From positions 41,726,001 through 41,790,000 of the forward strand of contig NC_135805.1 in assembly GCF_964213995.1 (NCBI RefSeq): a stretch of 64,000 nt of DNA. The letters run 5' to 3'. This stretch comes from Mustelus asterias. Taxonomy: Eukaryota. The translations under genes and the position numbers were made by a program. This document shows, one piece after another, positions 11,362-22,361 of this stretch. The notes beneath the pieces were generated by a model that had not been told where the DNA came from, did no database searches, and saw nothing but the letters and a program-made list of their open reading frames with translations. Positions within the stretch are counted from its first letter, which is position 1. Every line of letters starts with the position of its first letter.

Positions 11362-12012
11362 GGGCTGGATTTTATATGCCCCCGCCAGGCGTGTTTTTGG
11401 TAGGGGGTGTGCAGTCCTTCTATTACATTTAAATAAATAACCAAGTGTTAATTGAGCTGGTTAACAATCCAATTGATCCCAATTATACACTGCCCTTATC
11501 ATAATAAAAAACATTTTAAAACGGCAGGAAGGAAGGCTGGGGATGCCCTTTCTGCATCAAGGGGGAACCCCCCCTAAGATAGTACCCCTTTTCCTACCCA
11601 CCTGCTCACCAAAACCCACCACCATTGGCCTAGCCCTTCCTGTCCAATTTCCTGGACGTAGCTTGTTCTGGGATCCATTGGGCCCTCCTTTTCTGCTTGG
11701 AGTCCCGGCAGTGTCCACTAATGCACTGGTTTTTTTTGTATTTTTATTCCAATTCAATCATATCAAGTCCAATTCAGAGTCTCAACAAGTTGAGACATTC
11801 TTGATCTTAGCCAAAAGGCAATGCTGGGACTACTGGAGCTTCCAGGCCAATCAGATTGACTGGCAGCTCCTGAGGGCGAGACTTCTTCCCCAGTGAGGGG
11901 CACAAGGCCCACTGGCAGCCAGTTTAGCCTGCCCTCAGCACGTTGTGGCTGCAGGGCGAGTAGCATACATCATGTTGGCTTCATGCCAACATTGCTTCTA
12001 GAATCCCCTCCC
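11362..12012. mobile_element. Non-autonomous PIF/Harbinger-like element
   Basis: Starts GGGCTGGATTTT (terminal motif). The interior resembles 45259-45890 and 59766-60440. The right end is approximate. Confidence 0.55.
11730..11819 (-). mobile_element. Short U2-snRNA-headed retroposon with AATAAA and poly(A) tail
   Basis: Minus strand: GCCTTTTGGCTAAGATCAAG (U2 5' region) + aatgtctcaacttgttgagac...ggAATAAAaatacAAAAAAAA. Imperfect TSD aatgcactgg/aatgctgg. Confidence 0.75.
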
Positions 12013-12588
12013 CGTCCAGCGCTCACCAACATTTGTGGAGATTTTGATGAGAAATGCGTTTTTGATTGAACAAGCCCTAACCTCCTTACCCATGCACATT
12101 TCCAATACATCGATGCTACATTCACAATCTTTGAATCTATAACTGTGTGCAAGGATTTCTTTACACAGCTCAATGCTCTCCATCCCATGCTCAAATTCAC
12201 TATTGAGATAGAGCAGACTGATGCACTCCTTTTCCTTAATGTAACAGTTGAGAAACATGCTTGAGAATTGTTCTTATCTAGCCACGCACACGGGTATCGT
12301 GAATTGAAGCTGAATGCTAACCCCAGCACTTATTTAGGCATATGTTATTCTATCTCTGGTGCCAAGAATCTCACAGAGAATAATGGGACACCTGGATAAT
12401 TTTACATAAACTGTAATTTAATTGGGGGTTATAAGTGATTGGCATCCTTCCATCTAGGAGAGATATTGGGAATGGAGCGTCGGAGATTTTCTGAAGTCAG
12501 ATGAGATCATCTGCTATATTTCTTCTGATGGCTGAACCAGCCGATTCTGGAAAGGCAAAATCTGTCACAAGCACATGAATCTGTCCCC

Positions 12589-12689
12589 AACCAAAAGAGA
12601 AAATGCTGGAAGATCTCAGCAGGTCTGGCAGCATCTGTAAGGAGAGAAAAGAGCTGGCGTTTTGAGTCCAGATGACCCTTTGTCAAAGC
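12589..12689 (-). mobile_element. Single arm of the short HHR-bearing Penelope-derived element
   Basis: Homologous to the left arm of 31838-32031; flanked by CATGAAT(C/T)TGTC at 12574-12585 and 12689-12700. Confidence 0.8.
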
Positions 12690-13052
12690 ATGAATTTGTC
12701 ACTTGCCGGTGGTGAAGGATGATCTCTGCTGACACTTTTCTTGTTTGCAGGGCTGGCATTTGGTTTGGAGCTTCTGAAACCACATGTTGTGGTGGCAAAT
12801 TCCTGCCCACAGCTGTTGGCACTATTTGCATCAGTCATCAGCTAGAGTTTCCCACTTGTCATGGTTATACCGAACGCTTTCATATCTAATTTGACAAGAT
12901 TCTTGAACCAGAACTTTGGGCTTTGTGCTGATGCCTTGGCACGGACTACCTCCACTTATAACTTTCCCATGGAGATATGCCCATCTTCCATCCTATGCAC
13001 GTGCCTGAGCTAATGAAGTCTCCTTTGCTTAGTTAGCAGACTTGACGGAGAA

Positions 13053-13351
13053 GCTTATTTATTAGTGTCACAAGTAGGCTTACATTAACACTGCAATGAA
13101 ATTACTGTAAAAATCCCCTGGACACTACACTTCCTTGCCTGTTGGGGTATACTGAGGAAGAATTCAGCATGGCCAATGCACCTAATCAACACGTCTTTCA
13201 GACTGTGGAAGGAAATCGGACCACCCGGAGGAAACCCACGCAGACACGGGGAGAACGTGCAGACTCCGCACAGACAGTGACCCGAGCCACGAATCGAACC
13301 CAGGTCCCTGGGGCTGTGAGGCAGCCATGCAAACCACTGTGCCACCATGCC
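13053..13351 (-). mobile_element. V-SINE type B
   Basis: Full head, V-domain and type-B tail. Confidence 0.9.
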
Positions 13352-14058
13352 TTAAAAAGGATTGCTTCAATGGTGGCGTTGTCTTCCTTTTTGATGTCAA
13401 GGATGCACCGTAGACACTAGAGATGATAGTTATTGAATATTTTTTCTTGGTATGTTTAGATTGTCCAAACATCTCTGCCCATATAGTTACATGTTGAGGG
13501 TACAGGATTTATGGATAAGCATCTTGATCCACCAGGTCAGTTTGTTCTTCCATGTCCGTTTATAGTTGGCCAGTTGGCTGCCCTTCCAATGTGTCTGCTG
13601 AGCTCTGAGAGCATGACAAACCACTGACACACAACTGAGAGTTATAAAACGACTAGGATCCAGGTGATTGAATTGTAGACTTACAATTGTCATCATAGAC
13701 CCTGAAATTAGATTACAGCCTTGAAATTCTTCCCGTCTATCTGTTATTTCACTTTGCTTCAAATTGAATTTGGGCAATTTTATTGCAATTCTTGTCTATT
13801 GTTATATCAGGAATGAATTTAATATGTTCTATATCCTTCAGAGATGATGCAAACATAAGAGGATTAATAGTCAAGGCAACTACCATAGGTTTAATGATAC
13901 ATAGTATATTGTTATTTATGGGGAAAATTCTGACTACATTTATGTGCCCCATGGCTTCAAGAAATTTAATGAAAAGGATAATTCAGTTGATGAGATCCTA
14001 AACATTGATCAAAGTGCAAAAGACATTTTATCATTCCTGAGTAAATACTGAAGATGTT

Positions 14059-14680
14059 GGGGGTGATTCTCTGAGCTCACTAAGCTGCAGCGGGAATATT
14101 GTTGGCCTGGAGAAGGTTTGACATTTTGAGTTTCCCATCCCGCTGCACCGGCCCCAGTCAGGTTCCTGCCCAAGCAGGAAGTCCATTGGGTGCCAATCTC
14201 TCCTGGTCTTGAGAAGCATGGACCTAGAGCATTTGAATCCGGGTGTGGGGGGGGGGGGGGGCGGAGGGTGGGGGGGGGGGGGGTTGCAGGAGTAATTGCT
14301 GTACCCAATTGCCCCTCTGACACTGCCAGACTGCAGAGGGAGGGACCTGGGGGTTGGGTGGGCTCAGTCTGGGAATAAGGAGTTGACCTCAGGACTCTTC
14401 CCCGGGATGGGGGTCTCATGGCTGGACTGCCCTTTGTGGCCCTGGGAAACCTGAACATCACTCATGGCATGGTGATTTCAGACATCCCTCTGATCAATAT
14501 CTTCATTCTTGTCTGTGTACTATGAAAACTTTGAAGTGGCCTGGTCAATTTTATCTCCACTCTCCCTGGACACCTACAAGGCTTTTCCATTCTGCAGAGG
14601 GATTTCCCTTTCTCTCTTTCAGAGCTGCAGATGTGAGAAGACCTCTTTGAATTCTGCTGACTGACAGGAGAAGTCAATTT
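14059..14680. mobile_element. PIF/Harbinger-like non-autonomous element, cut by the long CR1
   Basis: Begins GGGGTGATTCTC. It shares ctgacactgccagactgcagag in inverted orientation with 20087-20108. Confidence 0.45.
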
Positions 14681-14702
14681 CAAGAGCGGGGGAGGGGATT
14701 CC

Positions 14703-15006
14703 CTTCTGACTGTAATTAATTATTTATTTTTTCAGTTAATTTTGGGTTTAAAATCGGAGGTTTTTTTCAAAACCGGAAGTCAGGCCAGGAGTGGCCAGGG
14801 GAAGTTTTTGGAGGGTTTAAAAAGGGCTTACCTTGGAGGTTCAGCTTCATTGTTCCCAGGAGCAGGCTGAGGGTAAGAGAGTGGGTCTTCTGACTGTAAT
14901 TAATTATTTATTTTTTCAGTTAATTTTGGGTTTAAAATCGGAGGTTTTTTTCAAAACCGGAAGTCAGGCCAGGAGTGGCCAGGGGAAGTTTTTGGAGGGT
15001 TTAAAA
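14703..15006 (+). repeat. Perfect 120-bp direct repeat in the CR1 5' UTR (14703-14822 and 14887-15006)
   Basis: The two copies are identical by eye, 184 bp apart, and each contains CCGGAAGT (ETS-type site). Confidence 0.92.
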
Positions 15007-15176
15007 GTGCACCAAAGTATACAGCGGGCAGCATCGTAGCTGGCAGCATCGTGAGTGGGAAGTTGAGTGAGCTGTCAGGGCTTTGGCTCACAGGGCTTGG
15101 ACGAGCAGGGGTGAGTTTTTGTTTCCTTACACTCTTATTAACTTTTCACTGTCTTACTTGACATAAAGTGTCCAGT

Positions 15177-16293
15177 ATGAGTGTGAAACCAATGTGTTGT
15201 TCCCAGTGTAGGATGTGGGAGGTCCTGGAGGCATCTGGCCTCCCGGACATCCACATCTGTGAGGGGTGTGTCAAGCTGCGGTTCCTGAGAGACCGTGTTA
15301 GGGAGCTGGAACTACAGCTCGAGGATCTTAGGCTGATGAGGGAGAATGAGGAGGTGATAGACAAGAGCTATCATCAGGTGGTCACACCAGGGCCACGGGA
15401 AGAGTCCAAAGATGTGCGGGTTAGGTTAATTGGCCAGGTTAAAAAAATTGCCCCTTAGAGTCCTGGGATGCGTAGGTTAGAGGGATTAGTGGGTAAAATA
15501 TGTGGGGGTAGGGACTGGGTGGGATTGTGGTCGGTGCAGACTCGATGGGCCGAATGGCCTCCTTCTGCACTGTAGGGTTTCTATGATTTCTATGAAGTGG
15601 GTGACGGCCAGGAAGGGTAAGGCTAGGGTGGTTGAGAGCACCCCGGTGGATTTGCCCCTGCACAACAAGTACTCCTGCTTGAGTACTGCTGGGGGGGACA
15701 GCCCGCCTGGGGGAAGCAGCAGTGGCCGTGTCTCCGCAGTGGAGTCCAGCCCTGTAACTCAGAGGGCTAAGGAAAAGCGGAGGAAGGCGGTATTAATCGG
15801 GGACTCGATGGTGAAGGGGACAGACAGGCGTTTCTGCGGAGTTAGGCGGGATTCTCGCATGGTGGTCTGCCTCCCTGGGGCCGGCATCCAGGATGTCGCT
15901 AGTCGCGTCCCGGAAATCCTGAGGTGTGAGGGAGAGGAGCCTGAGGTAGCGGTACATATTGGTACCGCTGATGTGGGTAGGAAGGGAGAAGGGGTCATGA
16001 AAAGGGAGTACAGGGAATTAGGGAGACAGCTGAGAAAGAGGAAAGCAAAGGTAGTAATCTCAGGATTACTGCCTGTGCCACGGGAAGGTGAGGGCAGGAA
16101 TGGAGTGAGGTGGAGGATGAATGTGTGGCTGAGGGACTGGTGCAGGGGGCAGGGATTCAGGTTCCTGGACCATTGGGACCTCTTTAGGGGCAGGGGTGAT
16201 CTGTATACAAAAAACGGGTGGAACTTGAATCACACGGGGACCAATATCCTGGCCGGTAGGTTGGCTAAGGCTACTGGGGAGAATTTAAACTAG
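15177..16293 (+). pseudogene. CR1 ORF1: zinc finger/leucine zipper plus SGNH-esterase domain, disrupted by a SINE at 15403-15593
   Basis: CSQC...CEGC followed by heptad LRDRVRELELQLEDL; after the SINE, IGDSMV, CLPGA and HIGTAD. Confidence 0.9.
15403..15593 (+). mobile_element. Headless HE1-type V-SINE inserted in CR1 ORF1
   Basis: Starts agtccaaagatgtgcgggttagg and ends ctgtagggtttctatgatttctat. Confidence 0.9.
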
Positions 16294-16388
16294 ATAGGTT
16301 GGGGGGAGGGGAGCTAGAAGAGTTGACTAGGATCAAGGAGCTAATTGATGGGGGGGAGGATGCAGGGGTAAGGGGAATTACAAAATTA

Positions 16389-19303
16389 ATGGTAGAGGAG
16401 AGGGTGCAAGTGAATGAAGGCGGTAATTTAGATAAGGGAGTAGAGGGAGACGGTGTTCGCGACTCATCAAAGCGGGTCCAGATAAAAGCTGGAATAAGGA
16501 CACTTTGCCTGAATGCACGAAGCATTCGGAACAAGGTGAATGAGTTGATGGTGCAAATCAGCACAAGTGGGTACGATCTAGTGGCCATTACAGAAACGTG
16601 GCTGAAAGGTGACCAGGACTGGGAGATGAATATCCAGGGGTGTCAGGCGTTTAGGAAGAATAGACAGGAAGGAAAAGGTGGTGGGGTCGCGCTATTAATA
16701 AGAGATAATATCAGGGTAGTACTGAGGGATGACATAGGCTCTGAGGAACAAAACGTGGAATCATTATGGGTAGAGATGAGGAATAGTAGAGGGAGAAAGA
16801 CACTAGTAGGTGTGGTATATAGGCCCCCAAATAATAATGTTGAGGTAGGGAGGGCTGTAAACAAGCAGATAAGGGATGCGTGTAAAAACGGAACGGCAAT
16901 AATCATGGGGGACTTCAACATGCACATTGACTGGCAGACTCAAGTCGGTAAGGGTGGAATGGAGGAAGAGTTCTTAGAATGCTGTCGGGATAGTTTCCTT
17001 GAACAGCATGTTACGGAACCGACGAGGGAACGAGCTATTTTGGATCTGGTATTGTGTAATGAGGTAGGTAGAATTAAGGATCTTATTGTGAAGGACCCTC
17101 TTGGGTCTAGTGACCACAATATGGTCGAATTTCTGATTCAGATGGAAGAGGAGAAAGTTTGGTCTCAAACCAGTGTCCTCTGTTTGAACAGAGGGAAATA
17201 TGATAGGATGAGGGATGAATTGGCTAAGGTAGACTGGGAGAGCAGGCTGGCAGGTAGGATAGCTGAGGAACAGTGGAGGATTTTTAAGGAGATCCTTTTC
17301 AGTTCTCAGCAAAAATATATTCCAGCAAAAAACAAGGATTGTAAGAAAAGGGAGAACCAGCCGTGGATAACGAAGGAAATAAAGGAGAGTATTAAAATAA
17401 AAACAGCTGCGTACAGAGTGGCCAAAAATAGTGGAGAAACAAGTGATTGGGAAAAATTTAAGAAACAACAAAGAGAGACTAAGAAAGCGATAAAGAAAGG
17501 AAGGATAGACTATGAAGCTAGGCTAGCAATTAATATAAAAAATGATAGTAAAAGTTTTTATAAATATATAAAAAGGAATAGAGTGGCTAGAGTGAATGTT
17601 GGACCCTTGGAGGACGAGAGGGGGGAGTTAATAGTGGGAAATGAGGATATGGCTTAGTCTTTAAATACGTTTTTTGTGTCGGTCTTCACGGTGGAGGACA
17701 CAAATAGTTTGCCAAATATTAACGATAGAGGGTTGGCAGCAGGAGAAATACTTAATACAATTAATGTTACCAGAGAGGCAGTGCTGGGTAGACTAATGGG
17801 ACTGAAGGTGGACAAGTCCCCGGGTCCGGATGGAATGCATCCCAGGGTATTGAAAGAAATGTCAGAGGTAATAGTGGATGCGTTAGTGATTATTTATCAA
17901 AACTCGTTGCATTCTGGGGTAGTGCCGGTTGATTGGAAAACGGCTAATGTTACGCCGCTGTTTAAAAAAGGAAGGAGACAAAAGGCGGGTAACTATAGGC
18001 CGGTCAGCTTAACGTCTGTAGTAGGGAAAATGCTGGAATCCATTATTAAAGAGGAGATAGCAGGGCATCTGGATAGAAATGGTTCGATCAATCAGACGCA
18101 GCATGGATTCATGAGGGGAAAGTCGTGCTTGACGAACATGTTGGATTTTAATGAAGATGTGACGAGGGCGGTTGATGGAGGAGAACCGGTGGATGCGGTG
18201 TTTTTGGATTTCCAAAAGGCGTTTGATAAGGTGCCCCATAAAAGGCTGCTGAAGAAGATTAGGGCACACGGAGTTGGGGGTAGTGTGTTAAAGTGGATTG
18301 GGGACTGGCTATCCGACAGGAAGCAAAGAGTCGGAATAAATGGGTGTTTTTCCGGTTGGAGGAAGGTAACTAGTGGCGTGCCGCAGGGATCGGTACTCGG
18401 GCCGCAACTGTTTACAATTTATATAGATGATCTGGAGGAGGGGACGGAGTGTAGGGTAACGAAGTTTGCAGACGACACAAAGATAAGTGGAAAAGTGAAT
18501 CGTGTGGAGGACGGAGAAGATCTGCAGAGAGATTTGGACAGGCTGAGTGAGTGGGCGAGGATATGGCAAATGGAGTATAACGTTGATAAATGCGAGGTTA
18601 TACACTTTGGAGGAAATAATAACAAATGGGATTACTATCTCAATGGAAACAAATTAAAACATGCTACCGTGCATAGGGACCTGGGGGTCCTTGTGCATGA
18701 GACGCAAAAGCCCAGTCTGCAGGTACAACAGGTAATCAAGAAGGCAAATGGGATGTTGGCCTATATTGCGAGGGGATAGAATATTAAAGCAGGGATGTCT
18801 TGATGCACCTGTACAGGGCATTGGTGAGGCCGCAGCTGGAATAGTGTGTGCAGTATTGGTCCCCTTATATGAGGAAGGATATATTGGCATTGGAGGGAGT
18901 GCAGAGAAGGTTCACCAGGTTGATACCGGAGATGAGGGGTTTGGATTATGAGGAGAGGCTGAGGAGATTGGGTTTGTACTCGTTGGAGTTTAGAAGGATG
19001 AGGGGGGATCTTATGGAGACTTATAAGATAATGCGGGGGCTGGATAGGGTGGAGGCGGAGAGATTCTTTCCACTTAGTAAGGAAGTTAAAACTAGAGGAC
19101 ACAGCCTCAAAATAAAGGGGGGTCGGTTTAAGACAGAGTTGAGGAGGAACTTCTTCTCCCAGAGGGTGGTGAATCTCTGGAATTCTCTGCCCACTGAGGT
19201 GGTGGAGGCTACCTCGCTGAATATGTTTAAAGCGCGGATGGATGGATTCCTGATCGGTAAGGGAATTAAGGGTTATGGGGATCAGGCGGGTAAGTGGTAC
19301 TGA
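16389..19303 (+). pseudogene. CR1 ORF2 (APE endonuclease plus reverse transcriptase); one nonsense codon (17655-17657) and one frameshift (~18772)
   Basis: CLNARSI, ITETWL, GDFN and SDH in the EN domain; KSPGPDG, YRPVSL, QHGF, DFQKAFD, PQGSVLGP and FADD in the RT domain. Confidence 0.95.
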
Positions 19304-19536
19304 TCCACGTCAGATCAGCCATGATCTTATTGAATGGCGGGGCAGGCTCGAGGGGCTAGATGGCCTACTCCTGCTCCTATTTCTTATGTTCTTATGTTCT
19401 TATGTTCACAGCTACTCACTCAGCCCCATTCTTTTAACACTGCAGTTTTCCAAGTCTCTGAGCCTTCTTCGAAAGCTCAAAACATTTGAAAACCTTTAAA
19501 TCTCTTGTAATCTTTTGACAACCTTTGAAATCCCCT

Positions 19537-19588
19537 GATACACTTTTGACTGTATCCCAATACATGTGACAATGATAAATCAAATCAT
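19537..19588 (+). mobile_element. Rex1/Babar 3' tail remnant
   Basis: cttttgactgtatcccaatacatgtgacaatgataaatcaaatca matches the 3' ends at 46008 and 58087. Confidence 0.7.
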
Positions 19589-19590
19589 TT

Positions 19591-19789
19591 TCATAGAATC
19601 ATAGAATCATAGAAACCCTACAGTGCAGAAGGAGGCCATTCGGCCCATCGAGTCTACACCGACCACAATCCCACCCAGGCCCTACCCCCACATATTTTTA
19701 CCCACTAATCCCTCTAACCTACGCATCTCAGGACTCTAAGGGACAATTTTTAACCTGGTCAATCAACCTAACCCGCACATCTTTGGACT
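19591..19789 (-). mobile_element. Headless HE1-type V-SINE, same subfamily as 15403-15593
   Basis: Shares the diagnostic cttagagtcctg.gatgcgtagg and gggtttctatg, and the same 5' start agtccaaag. Confidence 0.9.
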
Positions 19790-19919
19790 TTTTTTTTCTT
19801 TTTTTTCTTTTTTTCATCCAATTTCACAGTCCAATACCTTTAACTTACATTGACAGCTTAATGGTTTTTACACAGCATGCTTGAGTTTTGTTTAATTATA
19901 TTTTCCTTCATGGTTGAAA

Positions 19920-20838
19920 GCATCTGAAGTACCCGCCCCCCGCCCCCCCCCCACCCCCCATTATCGTTCCTAACCACAATGTTTATGAACATCCCTGTTC
20001 TGATTGACAGCTGCAGACAATTGAAAACAGCTAAGTGCTTTCAGTTCTTCTTTTCTATCAACCCCAGATCCCTTGGGGGACCCTTACTCTGCAGCCTGGC
20101 AGTGACAGACAGGCACCTGGGCAGACCACTTCCCTCATTGCATCGCGTACCCCCCCCACCCCCGAGTCCAATACACCAGATCAGGATGTCACTGCCGGGG
20201 GGGGGGGGGGGGGGGCGGTTGTCAGTGCCAGGAGCCAGTGCAGGTTTGGCACTGCCAAGAGGTGGGGCATGGAGGGGGGAGGGACCTGGACAGATGCTGA
20301 GGGAGCACTGGGAGGGGACCCTGAGAGGGGCCTGAGGGAACTCTATGTTGGACTCTTTGTTTGGTGAGGGTGGGTTCAGGTCACCTTCATGCCAATGTGG
20401 TGTGGGGAAGGGTGACCCATTCCCTTGGTTTTGGGAGTAGGGTGTCCCTCTGTGCTTAGGGGCTGGGGTGCACCCCTGGTGTTGGGGAGGGGGGGGGCGG
20501 GGATGTGAAGATCAGGCAGGAAGGAGGGGTCACCTTTTCCAATGTGGGAGGGAAGGGGCCTGCCTCTGAATGATGAGATTGGGGCGCCTTTTACAAATAG
20601 CGCCCTGATCTCTGAAAAGCCAGGCTGGTGGCATGTTTTCCACAATAACTTTGCATCGATCAGCTGGGTAAGTGTCACCTGGCAGGCATTGCTAACCCCA
20701 ATGGAAAATATTCGGGTTTTCCCGCTGGCTGGGGAACTTGGAGTGCGATCGGGAGAATCATGCCCATTATGTGTCCAGCCTGACTTTTGCAATGCAACAT
20801 CAAAATTGGCTCTGAAGGGTTGGGGTAAACTAGCCCCA
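19920..20838. mobile_element. PIF/Harbinger-like non-autonomous element (GC-rich)
   Basis: Ends GTAAACTAGCCCC (terminal-motif variant); internal homology to 14300-14350. Confidence 0.45.
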
Positions 20839-20955
20839 CAGATCACAAGAAATTTGACCATGACCCTCATCTTCAATACCACAGAGAGACCAAAGTCAAT
20901 ATTGGAACATAATGCGAAAGCCACTGGGAATCCCAAGTTTATCAGTAATTGAGTC

Positions 20956-21278
20956 AATCATAGAATCCCTACAGTGCAGAAGGAGGCCATTCGGCTGTTC
21001 AAGTCTGCACCGATCACTATCCTACCCAGGCCCTATCCCCATAACTCCATGCATTTACCCTAACCAATCCTCCTGACACGAAGGGGCAATTTAGCACCGC
21101 CAATCCACCTAACCCACGCATCTTTGGACTGTGGGAGGAAACCGGACCACCCGAAGGAAACCCACACAGACATGGGAAGAACGTGCAAACTCCACACAGA
21201 TGGTGACCGAAAGGAATTGAACCCGAGTCCCTGGCGTTGTAAGGCAGCAGTGCTAATCATTGTGCCACTGTGCCGCCC
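20956..21278 (-). mobile_element. HE1-type V-SINE, full length
   Basis: Head gggcggcacagtggcacaatg, V-domain and CR1 tail. Confidence 0.9.
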
Positions 21279-21708
21279 TTTTGTAAAATGTTAACAATAG
21301 TATTTAATAAAATGCTACTTCTAGATCTCATCGAGTGGTGGTTGTAATTTCGTGATGCCAAGGTCGGGCATTGCCAAGAATGAATATGTAATGGAGTGAT
21401 TGTTCCCACCCTCTTTGCTGTTTGTCTGAATGAATATGGAGAGGAGAATATGTAACAAGGAACAGAACAGTTTAATTAGCCTGTACTAACTCTTCCAATC
21501 TCCATTCTCATCCCTAACCAGATATTTATAATTATTTCATGGATGGAAAATCATAGAACACACAAACTAAATTCCTGTTATACATTTACAGTACAGCAAA
21601 ACCTTGAACAGCTCTGCAGCAAGTGGAATACTTAACTCGGATTACTCTCCATCACAGGTAGACTTATTGCACATCATGAAGTTGTGGGGGAAGAACTATT
21701 TCCCATGC

Positions 21709-21850
21709 TATTCCATTCAGCCCTGGCTAATGACACCTTAGATATCAATGAACAGCAGAAAAGCACTGATGCAATGAGACACTTTCAGTCACCAGGATCA
21801 TAGTCAGAAAGAGTATAGGTTCTTAGCAGCAACATTGCAGATACCTGGAC
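21709..21850 (+). pseudogene. PIF/Harbinger (HARBI1-like DDE) transposase relic
   Basis: YSIQPWLMTP, then frameshifted CNETLSVTRIIVRKSIG and RYLD, matching YPLxPWLMTP...YNxxHxxTRxxVExxIG...RCLD. Confidence 0.65.
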
Positions 21851-21852
21851 TG

Positions 21853-22361
21853 AAAGGACATTATTAAACTAGAAAGAGTGCAGAAAAGATTTACTAGGAT
21901 GCTACCAAGACTTGATGGATTGAGTTATAAGGAGATAGACTGGGACTTTTTTCTCTGGAGTGTAGGAGGCTGAGGGGTGATCTTATAGAGGTCTATAAAA
22001 TAATGAGGGGCATAGACAAGGTAGATAGTCAATATCTTTACCCAAAGGTAGGGCAGTCTAAAACTAGAGGGCATAGGTTTAAGGTGAGAGGGGAGAGATA
22101 CAAAAGGGTGCAGAGGGGAAATCTTTTCACACAGAGGGTGGTGAGTGTCTGGAACAAGCTGCCAGAGGTAGTAGTAGAGGCGGGTACAATTTTGTCTTTT
22201 TAAAAGCGTTCAGACAGTTACATGGGTAAGATGGGTATAGAGGGATATGGGCCAAACGTGGGCTATTGGGACTAGCTTAGTGGTTTAAAAAAAGGGACGT
22301 CATGGACAAGTTGGGCCAAAGGCCCTGTTTCCATGCTGTAAACCTCTATGACTCTGTGACT
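21853..22361 (+). mobile_element. CR1 3' fragment (same subfamily as 34147-36175)
   Basis: RGHRFKV and FTQRVVSVWNKLP; tail (ctctatga)n. Confidence 0.92.

Larger units (their letters stand above)
14683..19407 (+). mobile_element. Near full-length CR1 (HER1-like) LINE
   Basis: 5' UTR with duplicated monomer, ORF1, EN-RT ORF2, 3' hairpin and (ttcttatg)x3 tail. The 5' boundary is approximate. Confidence 0.95.

Noticed and set aside
14240-14285. Long G runs (also 20196-20216 and the C runs at 19932-19960) as G-quadruplex elements
   Set aside because: They are homopolymer tracts inside Harbinger-like repeats, are prone to slippage and assembly error, and have no independent evidence of function.
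20376-20957. 193-aa ORF (and similar 100-165-aa ORFs at 14009, 16974, 1889 and 56570)
   Set aside because: They lie in GC-rich repeats or antisense to LINE ORFs and show no recognisable domain.
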